From the NCBI GenBank assembly GCA_041178085.1, contig JBEGVZ010000119.1:32001-96000 (forward strand): DNA of 64,000 nt, in the 5' to 3' direction. The notes under the pieces are model-generated. The model ran no database searches. It saw nothing but the letters and a program-made list of their open reading frames with translations, and was not told the DNA's origin. Position numbers and translations under genes: made by a program. The stretch comes from Pseudomonadota bacterium. GTDB taxonomy: Bacteria > Bdellovibrionota_B > Oligoflexia > Oligoflexales > RGVZ01. Shown in pieces: positions 1-9,973 of this stretch. How positions within the stretch are numbered: the stretch's first letter is position 1; each line of letters opens with the position of its first letter.

Positions 1-47
1 CTCCGTGCATCTGGCAAAACCTATGGACTGGGCGTCGGCCGAAGCAC

Positions 48-812
48 ATGGGGGTTTTCGTGGGTATCCTGGAAAAATTCAAAACCTGGCGTAAAAGCCA
101 GCAGGAAGGGAAGATCGCCAAAGCCGCCAAGGCCGCTAAAAACGCGAAGGCGATCCGCGAAGACCGGTGGGCTGCCTTGGAGCTCTTGTGCGACGTGGAA
201 GACGCAGAACAAGCGATACCGGCCCTTTTGCAAAGGTTTGAGTTCAGCCTCGAGAACGGGATCAACGACGCCAAAGAAAAAGAACTCGCCATGGGCGGAA
301 TCACCCGCTTCAAGGACCGGGCAGTCCCCCTGGTCATGCAGCACCTGGCTTCAACAACGCGGATTGCCTGGCCCATCAAGATCCTCAGAGCACTCGGCGA
401 CGACCAATTGGTTGTCGAAGGTCTGAAAAAAGCACTCAATTTTGGCGACACCACCTTTGACCAGGCCCAGACCGACAAGAATTACGACCTCCTCTGCCAT
501 CTGGTGGAGTTCAAGCTGGGGTCGTTTGCCAGCGAGCTCGGCCGTTTCCTTTCGGACCCTGACGAACGGGTCCGCTTTGCCGCTGCAGAGGTCATGATTG
601 AACAGAACGAGCTCACGATCGTGCCGCTTCTGGAAGGTTTCCTGATGGATCAGTCGGTGGAGAACATCCGCATCCGGCAAGCAGTCCTGCGGGCTTTCGT
701 GGAGCGTCAGTGGCCCTTGCAAAAGCCAGAGCAAATCCCCGGCGGGGAAGTCATCCCTGGCGTTTACGTAACCACCAGCAAAACCCTTGCGGTGCGCGGT
801 CAACACTCGTGA
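48..812 (+). CDS. HEAT-repeat-like hypothetical protein
   Basis: 254-aa helical ORF with HEAT-like motif FLSDPDERVRFAAAEVM; stop overlaps the next gene's GTG. Confidence 0.7.
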   Translation: MGVFVGILEKFKTWRKSQQEGKIAKAAKAAKNAKAIREDRWAALELLCDVEDAEQAIPALLQRFEFSLENGINDAKEKELAMGGITRFKDRAVPLVMQHLASTTRIAWPIKILRALGDDQLVVEGLKKALNFGDTTFDQAQTDKNYDLLCHLVEFKLGSFASELGRFLSDPDERVRFAAAEVMIEQNELTIVPLLEGFLMDQSVENIRIRQAVLRAFVERQWPLQKPEQIPGGEVIPGVYVTTSKTLAVRGQHS

Positions 813-1195
813 CAGGACCCGCGGTTTCACCGGCATCGATTTGCCAGATTGAGATCCCGGTATCGGACCTGCAAGCATCCTTGAAGTTTTATGAGCATGT
901 CTTTGGCTGGCGGCGGTCGCCGGCCGAAATCCAGGAATATGTGGTCCTTGAAAGTCCCGATCCGGAAGCCGCGATCGGCGTCAGCTTGATCCCGGGCGCG
1001 ACACCGGCGGGAAGAAACGGTCACGCCCACACCGTCCTGTACTTCAAAGTCCAGAACCCGGATGAGATCGCCGCGCGCGCGGTGACCTGGGGTGGAACCA
1101 AACGATTTGGTCCGCGCAAGGTGCCGTCCTACGGAGAAATCTGGCGGATCACCGACCCGGACGGCAACCAGTTCGGTCTGTTCAAAGGCAGATGA
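809..1195 (+). CDS. VOC/glyoxalase family protein
   Basis: ICQIEIPVSDLQASLKFYEHVFGW and ITDPDGNQFGL motifs; GTG at 809 overlaps the upstream TGA (GTGA coupling). Confidence 0.85.
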   Translation: MTGPAVSPASICQIEIPVSDLQASLKFYEHVFGWRRSPAEIQEYVVLESPDPEAAIGVSLIPGATPAGRNGHAHTVLYFKVQNPDEIAARAVTWGGTKRFGPRKVPSYGEIWRITDPDGNQFGLFKGR

Positions 1196-1210
1196 AACGA
1201 TTACCGCGGC

Positions 1211-2338
1211 CTAAACAATACGGCGCGGAATTTCGGGATTAAGGCGGGTCAGGATCTCGTAGTGGATCGTGTCCCCCCAAGCGGCAAGCTCAGACGCATG
1301 GATCGACTCACCACCCTGGCGTCCGATCAAAATCGCCGGCATGCCCACTTTTGCGCCAGCCACTTCGGTCACATCCACCATGGTCATGTTCATGCACACG
1401 CGCCCGACCACGGAACAGCGCGCGCCCTCGACAAGGACATAGGCCTGACTGCCGCTTACGGAACGGGGAAACCCTTCGTAATAACCGACCGGCACGACGC
1501 CAATACGCATCTTTCGCGTCGCGCGGAAGGTGCATCCATAGCCCACGTATTGGCCTGGCCCGATGTCGATGACGGACGTTAGACGCGCGCCCCACGACAA
1601 GACAGGCTGCAATCCGTCTACGTCCCCCGATGTGCTCAGGAAACTCAGGCGCGTAGCCTGGGACGGCCACTGGCCGTACAAACTGATCCCCACCCGGTGC
1701 AGGTCCATGATGCTGTCCGGAAGGATCAGGGTGGAAGCGCTGGAAGCCGCATGGAACAAGGGCTTCATTCCGCGCGCAACGAACGCCGCACGCACATCGG
1801 CAAAGTGAGCAAGTTGCTTGTCGGCGTATTCGTGCTCCAGAACGTCTTCGACGTTGGCAAAGTGGGTGCATACGCCCGAAAGCAGCTCGGGGCGATTGGC
1901 CACGTGGGTCGCAAGCTGCCCGGCAAGGGTTGAGGCTTCGGATGGAGCAAAACCCTGGCGCGACATGCCGGTGTCAAATTCAAGGTGTATGCGGACTGGG
2001 GAAGTCGACGCCAGCACTGCAGCAAGCGCTTCGTGAGTTCCAACGAAAACGTCAGCTGCCGCATCGGCCGCGGCCTGAACTTGATCCGGCATGAAGGGTC
2101 CGCAGACAAGAAGGCGCCCCTGATAGCCAAAACCGCGCAGGCGGCGGGCTTCGTCCAGGTAGTTGACACAAATCCATGCCGGGTTGAGTTGCGCCAGCAC
2201 CTCATAGACCTGCTTGAGGCCATGGCCGTAGGCGTTGGACTTCAGTACGACAGCAAGGCGCTCGCGCCCCACGCGACTTTCAAAGAAGCGGTAGTTGCGG
2301 CGCAGCGCATTGGCATCGATGGTGATTTCACTGAGCAT
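1211..2338 (-). CDS. alr: alanine racemase
   Basis: PLP-lysine motif VVLKSNAYGHG; DTGMSRQG, VGYG, GRVCMN, TIHYE motifs. Confidence 0.95.
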   Translation of the reverse strand: MLSEITIDANALRRNYRFFESRVGRERLAVVLKSNAYGHGLKQVYEVLAQLNPAWICVNYLDEARRLRGFGYQGRLLVCGPFMPDQVQAAADAAADVFVGTHEALAAVLASTSPVRIHLEFDTGMSRQGFAPSEASTLAGQLATHVANRPELLSGVCTHFANVEDVLEHEYADKQLAHFADVRAAFVARGMKPLFHAASSASTLILPDSIMDLHRVGISLYGQWPSQATRLSFLSTSGDVDGLQPVLSWGARLTSVIDIGPGQYVGYGCTFRATRKMRIGVVPVGYYEGFPRSVSGSQAYVLVEGARCSVVGRVCMNMTMVDVTEVAGAKVGMPAILIGRQGGESIHASELAAWGDTIHYEILTRLNPEIPRRIV

Positions 2339-2388
2339 GGACAGCCCCCAGGCGCTTCCTGCGTTCCCTGCCTACATGATCTCACAGA

Positions 2389-3756
2389 TCATAGGGCAGA
2401 CGTAATTTGCAAGCGCAGCGGGTTTCCGGCCACCGCCGTCCTGGGGAAGCCAGCCGCACCGGCAAGACGGCTTGCGACGGCCAGCGGGTTTGACGTGTCA
2501 ATCATCTGGATCCCGGACTGGCGCAGGGCTGCTGCGCCCCCGGGGATGCGGCTGCGGGCCACGAAGGCAAAATACCCGCGCGGGTACTGCAGACGGCCGT
2601 CGCCAGACTCTGACGAGACGGCACCTGGAGACGTCAACACGACGCCAGCCACATCCCCTTTGCTGCCAGGGGCAAGGATGAGTTGTCCCAGGTTGAAACG
2701 CTCGATTTCTTCGGTGGTCAGGGCCGTCGCCCGCGGGTCGAGCAGGGACAAAGTTGCCTGCTTCAACCCCAGTTCGGGGACACGCGCCTGCCGCGTCAGG
2801 CAGGGGGCATTGATATAGCGGGCGACCGCGACCGCCATCGCCTGGCCGTTTCCACGGGGGACCAGTGCCACGCCAACAGGAACCTCATAGCAACGGTGCT
2901 TGAAATGGACGATGCCAAGGCGGCCGCTCTTGCCGGTGAGTTTCTCGACGCGGTCGATACCGCGCAATTCAAGAACGCCGAGCTTGCGCAGGTCGGAAAC
3001 CTTGCGCGGCATGACCTGCCACGCGTACCGGCTGCCATCACGCTGCGTCACAACAAGGCCCGCAACCCGGATCAACCCTTGGCGGGGGGCCGGAAATGCC
3101 TCAGGGGCCGAGCCGCAGTCTGCCGCGACGCGTCGTGGTGACTCGCGGAAGCCGACGGCTGCAAGCCTCATGGGACGTACGCCCTTGGTGGGCACGACAC
3201 CCTGGCCAGGAAGAACGACAAGCCCGGCCGGCCGGACGCCACACGGGATGTCGACCTTGAACTGGGGCTTGCCGTTGACTTGGTTGACTGCAAACGTGTT
3301 GAGTTCGTCGACCCGAATCCCATCCAAATCCCCGCGCAGGGGTTCGATGATTTTGTAAGCAGACGAATCGATGAAGGGGAGGCGGAACATCCGCCGCTCG
3401 GGCAAGCGAGCGCATGCAGCCAGGGGCCTGGATACCATGGCGGCCAACTGCAGCTTGGTGCCCTGGTCGATCAGGAGGACTCCGATCGGCTGGGCCCCGC
3501 AAGGCAGGTCGAACGCTGCGGAGACGACTGTCTCATCGTGACTGGCATAGAAAAGCTCTGTGAGCGGCAGCACCTGCCAGCGGGATTTCGGAATTTCGTC
3601 AGCGCGGGCGACCGAGGCAGGGCCTGCAAGAGTCACCACCGCAAGGGTGGCCACCACGAAACCGGGGATCAAGCCTGACTTCCGCACCGGGGACCTCGCC
3701 TTGCCTATGTCCTCCGGACCGGTGTAGATACGGGCCTTGGGGGACAGTGAGTTCAT
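2389..3756 (-). CDS. hypothetical exported protein with three Cys-pair repeats
   Basis: 455-aa ORF; signal-peptide-like FVVATLAVVTLAGPASVARA; repeated C-x3-PxG motifs; start uncertain. Confidence 0.6.
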   Translation of the reverse strand: MNSLSPKARIYTGPEDIGKARSPVRKSGLIPGFVVATLAVVTLAGPASVARADEIPKSRWQVLPLTELFYASHDETVVSAAFDLPCGAQPIGVLLIDQGTKLQLAAMVSRPLAACARLPERRMFRLPFIDSSAYKIIEPLRGDLDGIRVDELNTFAVNQVNGKPQFKVDIPCGVRPAGLVVLPGQGVVPTKGVRPMRLAAVGFRESPRRVAADCGSAPEAFPAPRQGLIRVAGLVVTQRDGSRYAWQVMPRKVSDLRKLGVLELRGIDRVEKLTGKSGRLGIVHFKHRCYEVPVGVALVPRGNGQAMAVAVARYINAPCLTRQARVPELGLKQATLSLLDPRATALTTEEIERFNLGQLILAPGSKGDVAGVVLTSPGAVSSESGDGRLQYPRGYFAFVARSRIPGGAAALRQSGIQMIDTSNPLAVASRLAGAAGFPRTAVAGNPLRLQITSAL

Positions 3757-3942
3757 AGAAAGAATGGTTTCTATAACTATTTTATTAAAATATCAACATT
3801 CTAATGAATGCCGGATGAATTTGAAGGGTTGCGTTCACCCGGTGAGTTTGATAACTACACAGAACTTTTTTGAGGGACAGATTCTTAAAAAACAAGAACC
3901 TGTTGAATTTATAGATAAAATTGAGAGTCCACTGAGAGTCCT

Positions 3943-4092
3943 ATGAAACGTACATTTCAACCGCACAACACCCGTCGTCTCAGAACCCATGGCTTCCGTG
4001 CTCGCATGGAAACCGTCGGTGGTCGCAACGTTCTTCGCTCGCGTCGCGCTAAAGGCCGCAAGCGTATCGCAGTGACCGCCTACAAGAAGTAA
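3943..4092 (+). CDS. rpmH: 50S ribosomal protein L34
   Basis: Manually translated [49 protein letters not shown] (49 aa, missing from the ORF track); lies upstream of rnpA. Confidence 0.97.
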   Translation: MKRTFQPHNTRRLRTHGFRARMETVGGRNVLRSRRAKGRKRIAVTAYKK

Positions 4093-4095
4093 TTT

Positions 4096-4482
4096 TTGAC
4101 GCCTCGGGCTGCCTCATTTCCTAAAAACAGGCGACTGCTGACCAAGACCGACTTTGATCGCACGTTCGAACAAGGCATCAAAGCGGTATTTCCTCATGTT
4201 GTTGTAATCGCCGCCAAAGCGCCCGCCGAAGCTTCCAGCTCTCAAACCCCGGAACGTCTCGGCCTGGTCGTATCAAGGAAAGTAGGCAATTCGGTCGTGC
4301 GAAACCGGGTCAAGCGGATGCTGCGTGAAGCCTTCCGCACCATCACTCAAGACACCGGACTGGACATCGTGGTGATCGCACGCCCGCCTGCAGCAGAAGC
4401 TGCGTTTGAGGACTTGAAGGATGCCCTGGCTGCTGCGCTGACAAAATTGCGCGCCCGGCACCTAGCAGGAAACATGAAGTGA
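4096..4482 (+). CDS. rnpA: ribonuclease P protein component
   Basis: RLGLVVSRKVGNSVVRNRVKRMLRE (RNR motif); synteny with rpmH; TTG start. Confidence 0.95.
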   Translation: MTPRAASFPKNRRLLTKTDFDRTFEQGIKAVFPHVVVIAAKAPAEASSSQTPERLGLVVSRKVGNSVVRNRVKRMLREAFRTITQDTGLDIVVIARPPAAEAAFEDLKDALAAALTKLRARHLAGNMK

Positions 4483-4700
4483 TCAAACCTGTCCTGTTGT
4501 CCATGATTGATGTTTACAAGCGAGCCGTCTCGCCGCTTGTCCTTCCCGTTCTTGGGATCGGTTGCCGGTTCCATCCAAGCTGCTCTGAATATGCCCGTGA
4601 ATGCCTTGAGAAATATCCGCTGACCGTCGCCGTTACCAGGTCAACGACGCGGCTGCTTCGCTGCCATCCGTGGAATGATGGGGGAGTCGATTTGCCATGA
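4479..4700 (+). CDS. yidD: membrane protein insertion efficiency factor
   Basis: CRFHPSCSEY and RLLRCHPW..GG.D motifs; synteny. Confidence 0.95.
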   Translation: MIKPVLLSMIDVYKRAVSPLVLPVLGIGCRFHPSCSEYARECLEKYPLTVAVTRSTTRLLRCHPWNDGGVDLP

Positions 4701-6412
4701 ACAAGATGCCCGATGAACCAGGTCGCGACAACGACCGCACCCGCTCGATGCTTGCCGTGGTAATCTGCGTTCTGGTCTACCTTGGCTATTCCCAGTATCT
4801 GAACCACAAATACCCCGACTACATGAAACGGCCAGCACCGACCGAGGCTGCCAATGTTTCCCAGGTCTCGCAGGTCGAATCACAAGCGCAAACAGAATCA
4901 GGCGTGCCGCAGTCGCAAGCTGCAAAACCGGCTGAAAGCGCCTCTGTTCCCGCGAAGCCGGACATTAAACTAGCGGCAAGCTCCGATCTGACGTTTGAGT
5001 CGGACGTTGCCACGGTCACGGTGGACCAGAATCAGTCGGCGATCCAGTCGGTACTCCTCAAGAAATACATGGATCGTATCGGCGCGGACGGTAAACCGAT
5101 CAACATCCTTGATTCTGCAATGGTTGTGCAAGGTATCGTGGGCGGTTCCAGTGGCCAGCCTGCCGTGACGGGAGTCTTTTCGGCAAAACGTGATGGCGAA
5201 GTCCTGACGCTGAGCCGTCAGGACGGACCGTGGCTCATCGAGCAAACGTTCGCGCCGGGCAAGAGTGAGTTTGACTTCGACGCAACCATCCGTTTCACCA
5301 ACACGTCCGGCCAGCCGCAGACGCTGCGCGGCAATGCTCTCGTCACCCAGACAATCAACACCAAGGTGGCCACAGCAAGCAGCCTCCTGCCAGGCAGTCC
5401 CACGGAGAAACCGCGGATCGTCGCCAACCTGAAGGATTCTGACCAGTTCGTTTACGCCGACAGTTTCTGCGAGGAACGCGGCGCGAAGGAGCTGAGCGTA
5501 AACAACAGCGACGTGCGCTTTTTCGGTTTCGACCGGCACTACTTCCTGGCTGCATTTATCCCGGCAAAGACCAAGACTTCGCTCTCTACCTGGATGATGG
5601 AACGAGCCCCCGGAACTCCGGCAGATCTTTGCTCCGTGGCGATGATGGTCACGGAAGACTTTGGCGTGGTCAACGCAGGTCAGTCTGCGGAGATCGTCCT
5701 GAACGGGTTCCTTGGACCGAAGGTTGCGGAACTCCTCAAACGCAAGAGCGTCTACCTTGCCGACACGCTTGACATGGGCTGGCTCGATGTCCTGGCTCAG
5801 CCGCTGCTGCTCGCCATCAAAGGATTCGAAGGCGTCCTCAAGAACTACGGCCTGGCAATCGTCTTGCTGACCATACTGCTGAAAATCCTTTTCTATCCGC
5901 TAACGAAAAAGGCTGCTGAATCCGCGCACCGGATGAAGAAATTCAACCCGGAGATGCAACGGATCCGCGAGCGTCACAAAGACGATCCGCGCACGCAGCA
6001 GCAGGAAGTGATGCGGTTCATGGCGGCGCACAAGTTGAACCCAATGCAAGGCTGCCTGCCAATCCTGCCGCAGATCCCCGTGTTCCTGGCCTTCTACCGC
6101 GTGCTGTCGTCGGCTATTGAACTGCGCCACGCTCCTTTTTTCGCCTGGATCCAGGACCTCTCGGTTGCGGATCCGTACTATGTCACTCCGCTTCTGTTGG
6201 GTGCGGGAATGTTCATCCAACAAAAGCTCACCCCCATGACCGGAATGGACAAGACCCAGGAAAAGGTCATGCTTGCCATGCCGATCATTTTCACTGTCAT
6301 GATGCTGACCCTCCCCGCAGGGATGGTCTTGTACATGTTGACCAACACGGTCATGTCCATCGCGCAACAACAATGGCTGAATCGCAAACTGACGGAAGCC
6401 GCGGCGGGCTGA
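4697..6412 (+). CDS. yidC: membrane protein insertase YidC
   Basis: NYGLAIVLLT, GCLPILPQIPVF, ELRHAPF..WIQDLS..DP motifs. Confidence 0.97.
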   Translation: MNKMPDEPGRDNDRTRSMLAVVICVLVYLGYSQYLNHKYPDYMKRPAPTEAANVSQVSQVESQAQTESGVPQSQAAKPAESASVPAKPDIKLAASSDLTFESDVATVTVDQNQSAIQSVLLKKYMDRIGADGKPINILDSAMVVQGIVGGSSGQPAVTGVFSAKRDGEVLTLSRQDGPWLIEQTFAPGKSEFDFDATIRFTNTSGQPQTLRGNALVTQTINTKVATASSLLPGSPTEKPRIVANLKDSDQFVYADSFCEERGAKELSVNNSDVRFFGFDRHYFLAAFIPAKTKTSLSTWMMERAPGTPADLCSVAMMVTEDFGVVNAGQSAEIVLNGFLGPKVAELLKRKSVYLADTLDMGWLDVLAQPLLLAIKGFEGVLKNYGLAIVLLTILLKILFYPLTKKAAESAHRMKKFNPEMQRIRERHKDDPRTQQQEVMRFMAAHKLNPMQGCLPILPQIPVFLAFYRVLSSAIELRHAPFFAWIQDLSVADPYYVTPLLLGAGMFIQQKLTPMTGMDKTQEKVMLAMPIIFTVMMLTLPAGMVLYMLTNTVMSIAQQQWLNRKLTEAAAG

Positions 6413-6439
6413 CCAACAACAAAAGGTATCGGAGGATAA

Positions 6440-7444
6440 ATGAATCACGGAAATCACAACAACCATCACGGCAACCACAGCAACAAGCAGCGTGTCACCA
6501 CGCAGGGAAAAACCCTTGAACTCGCAGTGGTCAAGGCAGCTGTCGCACTTGGTTGCGACCAGGAACAAGTTGCATATGAAGTCGTCAAGGAATCCAAAGG
6601 CGGCATCATGAAGCTTTTTGGATTCGGTCAGGTTGAAATTTCTGCCTGGATCAAAGGCGGGGGTCATGGCGGCCAAGGTCGTCGTGGCGGACGAGGCCGC
6701 GGACGCGGTCGTGGCGGCGAAGAGCGCGTTGGTGCATCCGCGCGCGGCGATCAGCCACAACGGCAAGGAGGTCGTGATGGTCGCGATGGCCGTCATGGCG
6801 GCGGGCGCGGGGAACGCTCCGGACGTGGAGAGCGTGGAGAAAGGGGCGGACGCGGAGAACGCGGGCACCGCAACGAAGAGGCACGTGCTGAGCGTCATGC
6901 ACGCCAGGAAGCACGCACCCCTCGCGAGCCGGCTGTGCCTCTTGAACCTGCCCAACTCGAGCAAGTGGTGGAGGAACTTCGCAGTTTCTGCGCTGAAGTG
7001 TGCAGCCGCATTGTTGGCAAACCCGTCAACGTCCAGGCAACGCTGAATGATGACCGCTTACGCATGGATATCAAAGACGACGAAATCGGAACGATCCTGT
7101 CGCAAAACAGCAAACTGGCAGAATCGCTTGAGCATCTGTTGCGCAAAAAGCCGCGTCACCTGAAACAGGAACTGCCGTTTCGCGTTTTCATTGACGCCGG
7201 CGACAGCCGCCGTTCACGCGAAGAAGAATTGACCAACCTGGCCCGCGAAATGAGCGAGAAAGTGGTCGAAACGCAGCGCCCTGTGGTCCTTAATTACCAG
7301 AGCTCTTACGACCGCAAGATCATCCATACGACGTTGGAAGGTGACGAGCGCGTCTTTACCAAGTCGATCGGCTCGGGATCCAACCGGAAGCTGATGATCC
7401 TGCCGGCTCGCGACAAGAACCAGTCTGACGCCGAGCAGATGTAA
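6440..7444 (+). CDS. jag: Jag/EloR (KhpB) RNA-binding protein with R3H domain and RG-rich linker
   Basis: Jag_N (GKTLELAV...YEVV..SKGGIMKLFG), C-terminal R3H (DRKIIH), position after yidC. Confidence 0.88.
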   Translation: MNHGNHNNHHGNHSNKQRVTTQGKTLELAVVKAAVALGCDQEQVAYEVVKESKGGIMKLFGFGQVEISAWIKGGGHGGQGRRGGRGRGRGRGGEERVGASARGDQPQRQGGRDGRDGRHGGGRGERSGRGERGERGGRGERGHRNEEARAERHARQEARTPREPAVPLEPAQLEQVVEELRSFCAEVCSRIVGKPVNVQATLNDDRLRMDIKDDEIGTILSQNSKLAESLEHLLRKKPRHLKQELPFRVFIDAGDSRRSREEELTNLAREMSEKVVETQRPVVLNYQSSYDRKIIHTTLEGDERVFTKSIGSGSNRKLMILPARDKNQSDAEQM

Positions 7445-7453
7445 CCATTCCCG

Positions 7454-7472
7454 AAGGGGGCTCCGCCCCCTT
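7454..7472 (+). terminator. GC-rich hairpin after jag (possible terminator or processing site)
   Basis: AAGGGGGC-TCC-GCCCCCTT followed by GTTT. Confidence 0.45.
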
Positions 7473-7486
7473 GTTTGGGCCTTTTG

Positions 7487-8854
7487 ATGAAACGGTCCGA
7501 TCCCATCGCAAAAGATTCGATCGTCGCCCTTGCGACCCCACCTGGGGTCGCTGGGGTGGCGATCATTCGCATGTCGGGACGGGACGCCCTCGTTCGCGGG
7601 GCCGCCGTGTTGGGACGGAAAACTCCAATCCCGGACCGGCGTGCATTTGTTTGCTCCATCCACGAACCCGGATCCCACGAAGTGATAGACCAGGCACTTG
7701 TCCTGGCCTTTCGTGCCCCGCGTTCCTTCACCGGTGAAAATTGCCTGGAGATCCACTGCCACGGCGGGCCGTACATCGTTCAGCGCGTGCTGCGCGCTTG
7801 CATGGCCGCTGGCTTTCGTTGTGCCGAGCCGGGTGAATTCACCCGCCGCGCTGTTCTCAACGGAAAAATGGACCTCACAGAAGCAGAGGGACTGCGTGAG
7901 CTCATTGAAGCGCAAACAGAACAGGAATGGCGCGCCGGGCGACAACTATCAGACGGGCGTCTCAAAAACCTGGTGCTGGATTTGCGGCGGCGTCTCCTTG
8001 AGGCGCTTGCTTATCTTGAAGCACGCATTGATTTTCCGGACGAGGGCGATACGGCAGGGGTGTCGCTTGAACACGTCAGGGTGCGTGTTGAGTCCGTGAT
8101 GACAGCCCTGCAAAAGCTGGCGGCGACTTATAACAGCGGACGTGTCAGTGCCGAGGGACTTCGCATTTGCCTTCTTGGCCCGCCCAACGCCGGGAAATCA
8201 TCTCTTCTCAATGCACTGCTTGGACACGAACGTGCAATCGTCTCGGATATTCCCGGGACGACGCGCGACTACATCGAGGAAAAATGCCTGGTTGAAGGGC
8301 GTCTTGTCCGCCTGGTCGACATGGCGGGCGTCAGGGATACCACGGACGCCATCGAACAACTTGGTGTCACTAAGGCCCTCGAGCTGGCCAGTCGCGCTGA
8401 CTTGATCTTGCTGGCAAATGAAGCCGGAAAACCTGTTCCGCCACACGCCGGGATCACACCGGAGATCCGTGCGCGTAGCCTTCAGATCTGGACAAAAGCC
8501 GACCTGGCGCCATCTTTCAAGCCTAAGGCGGGCGAGTGCGCTGTCTCCAGCGTGACGGGTGAGGGGATTGAAGCGCTTCGAAAGCGCCTTGCCAGTGAAG
8601 TGGACAAGCACACGGTACGACTGGATCAGGAACCTGCATGGCTCACCAACGCAAGGCATGCGGATTGTGTGGATACTGCACTCGGCCGCCTTGGCAAAAT
8701 CATGTCACAGATTGCCGGCACCAAAGGGGATCAAGACGAACTACTTGCGTTTGAGCTTCGTGAAGCTGCGACAGCGCTGGGGCTTCTCGTCGGCGAAATT
8801 TATGCCGACGACGTGCTGGATGTGGTGTTCAGCTCATTTTGCATAGGGAAATGA
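7487..8854 (+). CDS. mnmE: tRNA modification GTPase MnmE
   Basis: SFTGE..EIHCHGG, GEFTRRA.LNGKMDL, GPPNAGKSS, GTTRD, C-terminal FCIGK. Confidence 0.97.
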   Translation: MKRSDPIAKDSIVALATPPGVAGVAIIRMSGRDALVRGAAVLGRKTPIPDRRAFVCSIHEPGSHEVIDQALVLAFRAPRSFTGENCLEIHCHGGPYIVQRVLRACMAAGFRCAEPGEFTRRAVLNGKMDLTEAEGLRELIEAQTEQEWRAGRQLSDGRLKNLVLDLRRRLLEALAYLEARIDFPDEGDTAGVSLEHVRVRVESVMTALQKLAATYNSGRVSAEGLRICLLGPPNAGKSSLLNALLGHERAIVSDIPGTTRDYIEEKCLVEGRLVRLVDMAGVRDTTDAIEQLGVTKALELASRADLILLANEAGKPVPPHAGITPEIRARSLQIWTKADLAPSFKPKAGECAVSSVTGEGIEALRKRLASEVDKHTVRLDQEPAWLTNARHADCVDTALGRLGKIMSQIAGTKGDQDELLAFELREAATALGLLVGEIYADDVLDVVFSSFCIGK

Positions 8855-9747
8855 TGATTCTGGCATCCACCGAGGCAATGGATCAACCAATGATCGTTCA
8901 AAGCGTGCTGTAAATATGCCGCTGCCAGCGGCGGAAATACTGCAAATCCTGCGGCCAGCCACGGCTTCGTTGACGTGTAACCGTCTTGTTCTTCCATCGA
9001 GCGAATGAGCCGCGCCAGTTCCCACGTGACAACAAAGTGGCCACCCGGAATCCAGGCCAACCAAGGTCGCTCCACGTGACGATGAACCAAGGTATCGTGA
9101 TCGATGTGCCAGACGACCTCGCGCAGGCAAGTCAGCAGCCAGGCCGTGTAATAAACCCCGAAGGTCATCACCACCGTGGCTGCAGCCAGGACGGGGTTGC
9201 GCAAGTCGCCTAGCCGGGCGTTTGCCCGCTGGGATAACCAGACGTGACGGGGATTCATCGGAGCAGTCTGAGCCGCCTGCTCAACACGCGGTGATATGGC
9301 ATCGGCTGCGTCCCTTGCGACAGGGATGATGGCAGGCACCTCAACAAGGGCCGTGACCGGGTCCGTCGTCACCGCAACGGGCGCTGCCAAAGCAGAAAGG
9401 CTGACTCCGGTCGCCGCCAAAGCGCTCATGAGGTCGAATTCAGGATCGGATGAGGGAGCGGCCACGGGCTCAGGATTGGCGACTTCTACCGGCAATGCCC
9501 GCAAGAATCGGGAAGCTTTCCATAGTCCGGCAAAGTCTTCCTCGTCGTACCACTGCGCAAAACCACGCCGGGCAACACTTCGAGCCGATGGCGCCGGATG
9601 AGCGAAGACGTCTTCCGCGGCAAGCGGTCCCTGGACCTGCCCATCTCCATTGCAAACATACCAGTCGTGGCACCAATCCTCGGGCCATGCCGTAACGAGC
9701 GCGGCGGCCGTGGAAGATCCAGAGTTTTCTGCTGCCATCGAGGTCAT
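8800..9747 (-). CDS. membrane protein with N-terminal GYF-like and C-terminal DUF4234-like domain
   Basis: WYVCNGDGQVQGP...FAQW (GYF_2-like); RNPVLAAATVVMTFGVYY..W hydrophobic domain; overlaps the mnmE 3' end; start uncertain. Confidence 0.55.
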   Translation of the reverse strand: MTSMAAENSGSSTAAALVTAWPEDWCHDWYVCNGDGQVQGPLAAEDVFAHPAPSARSVARRGFAQWYDEEDFAGLWKASRFLRALPVEVANPEPVAAPSSDPEFDLMSALAATGVSLSALAAPVAVTTDPVTALVEVPAIIPVARDAADAISPRVEQAAQTAPMNPRHVWLSQRANARLGDLRNPVLAAATVVMTFGVYYTAWLLTCLREVVWHIDHDTLVHRHVERPWLAWIPGGHFVVTWELARLIRSMEEQDGYTSTKPWLAAGFAVFPPLAAAYLQHALNDHWLIHCLGGCQNHHFPMQNELNTTSSTSSA

Positions 9748-9973
9748 GATTCTGCCACCAACAAAGGGGGGTCGCGACCAGGTGTGAATCTTTGAGTGAT
9801 CGCGTACTATGATTGTAGCAGGAACACGGTCACGTCTGGATGCTTTTGACACCGGGAAAACAAGCGTGAAATTTGCACAGGCCGTGTTGCGGGATCGAAC
9901 AAATGATGATTCACGGGAAATTGTAGAAAAGACCAAAAACGTTTTTCAGGCCCGACGGCCCGGATGGTGATTG

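Noticed and set aside
3757..3942. oriC upstream of rpmH
   Set aside because: AT-rich, but no DnaA boxes and no dnaA.
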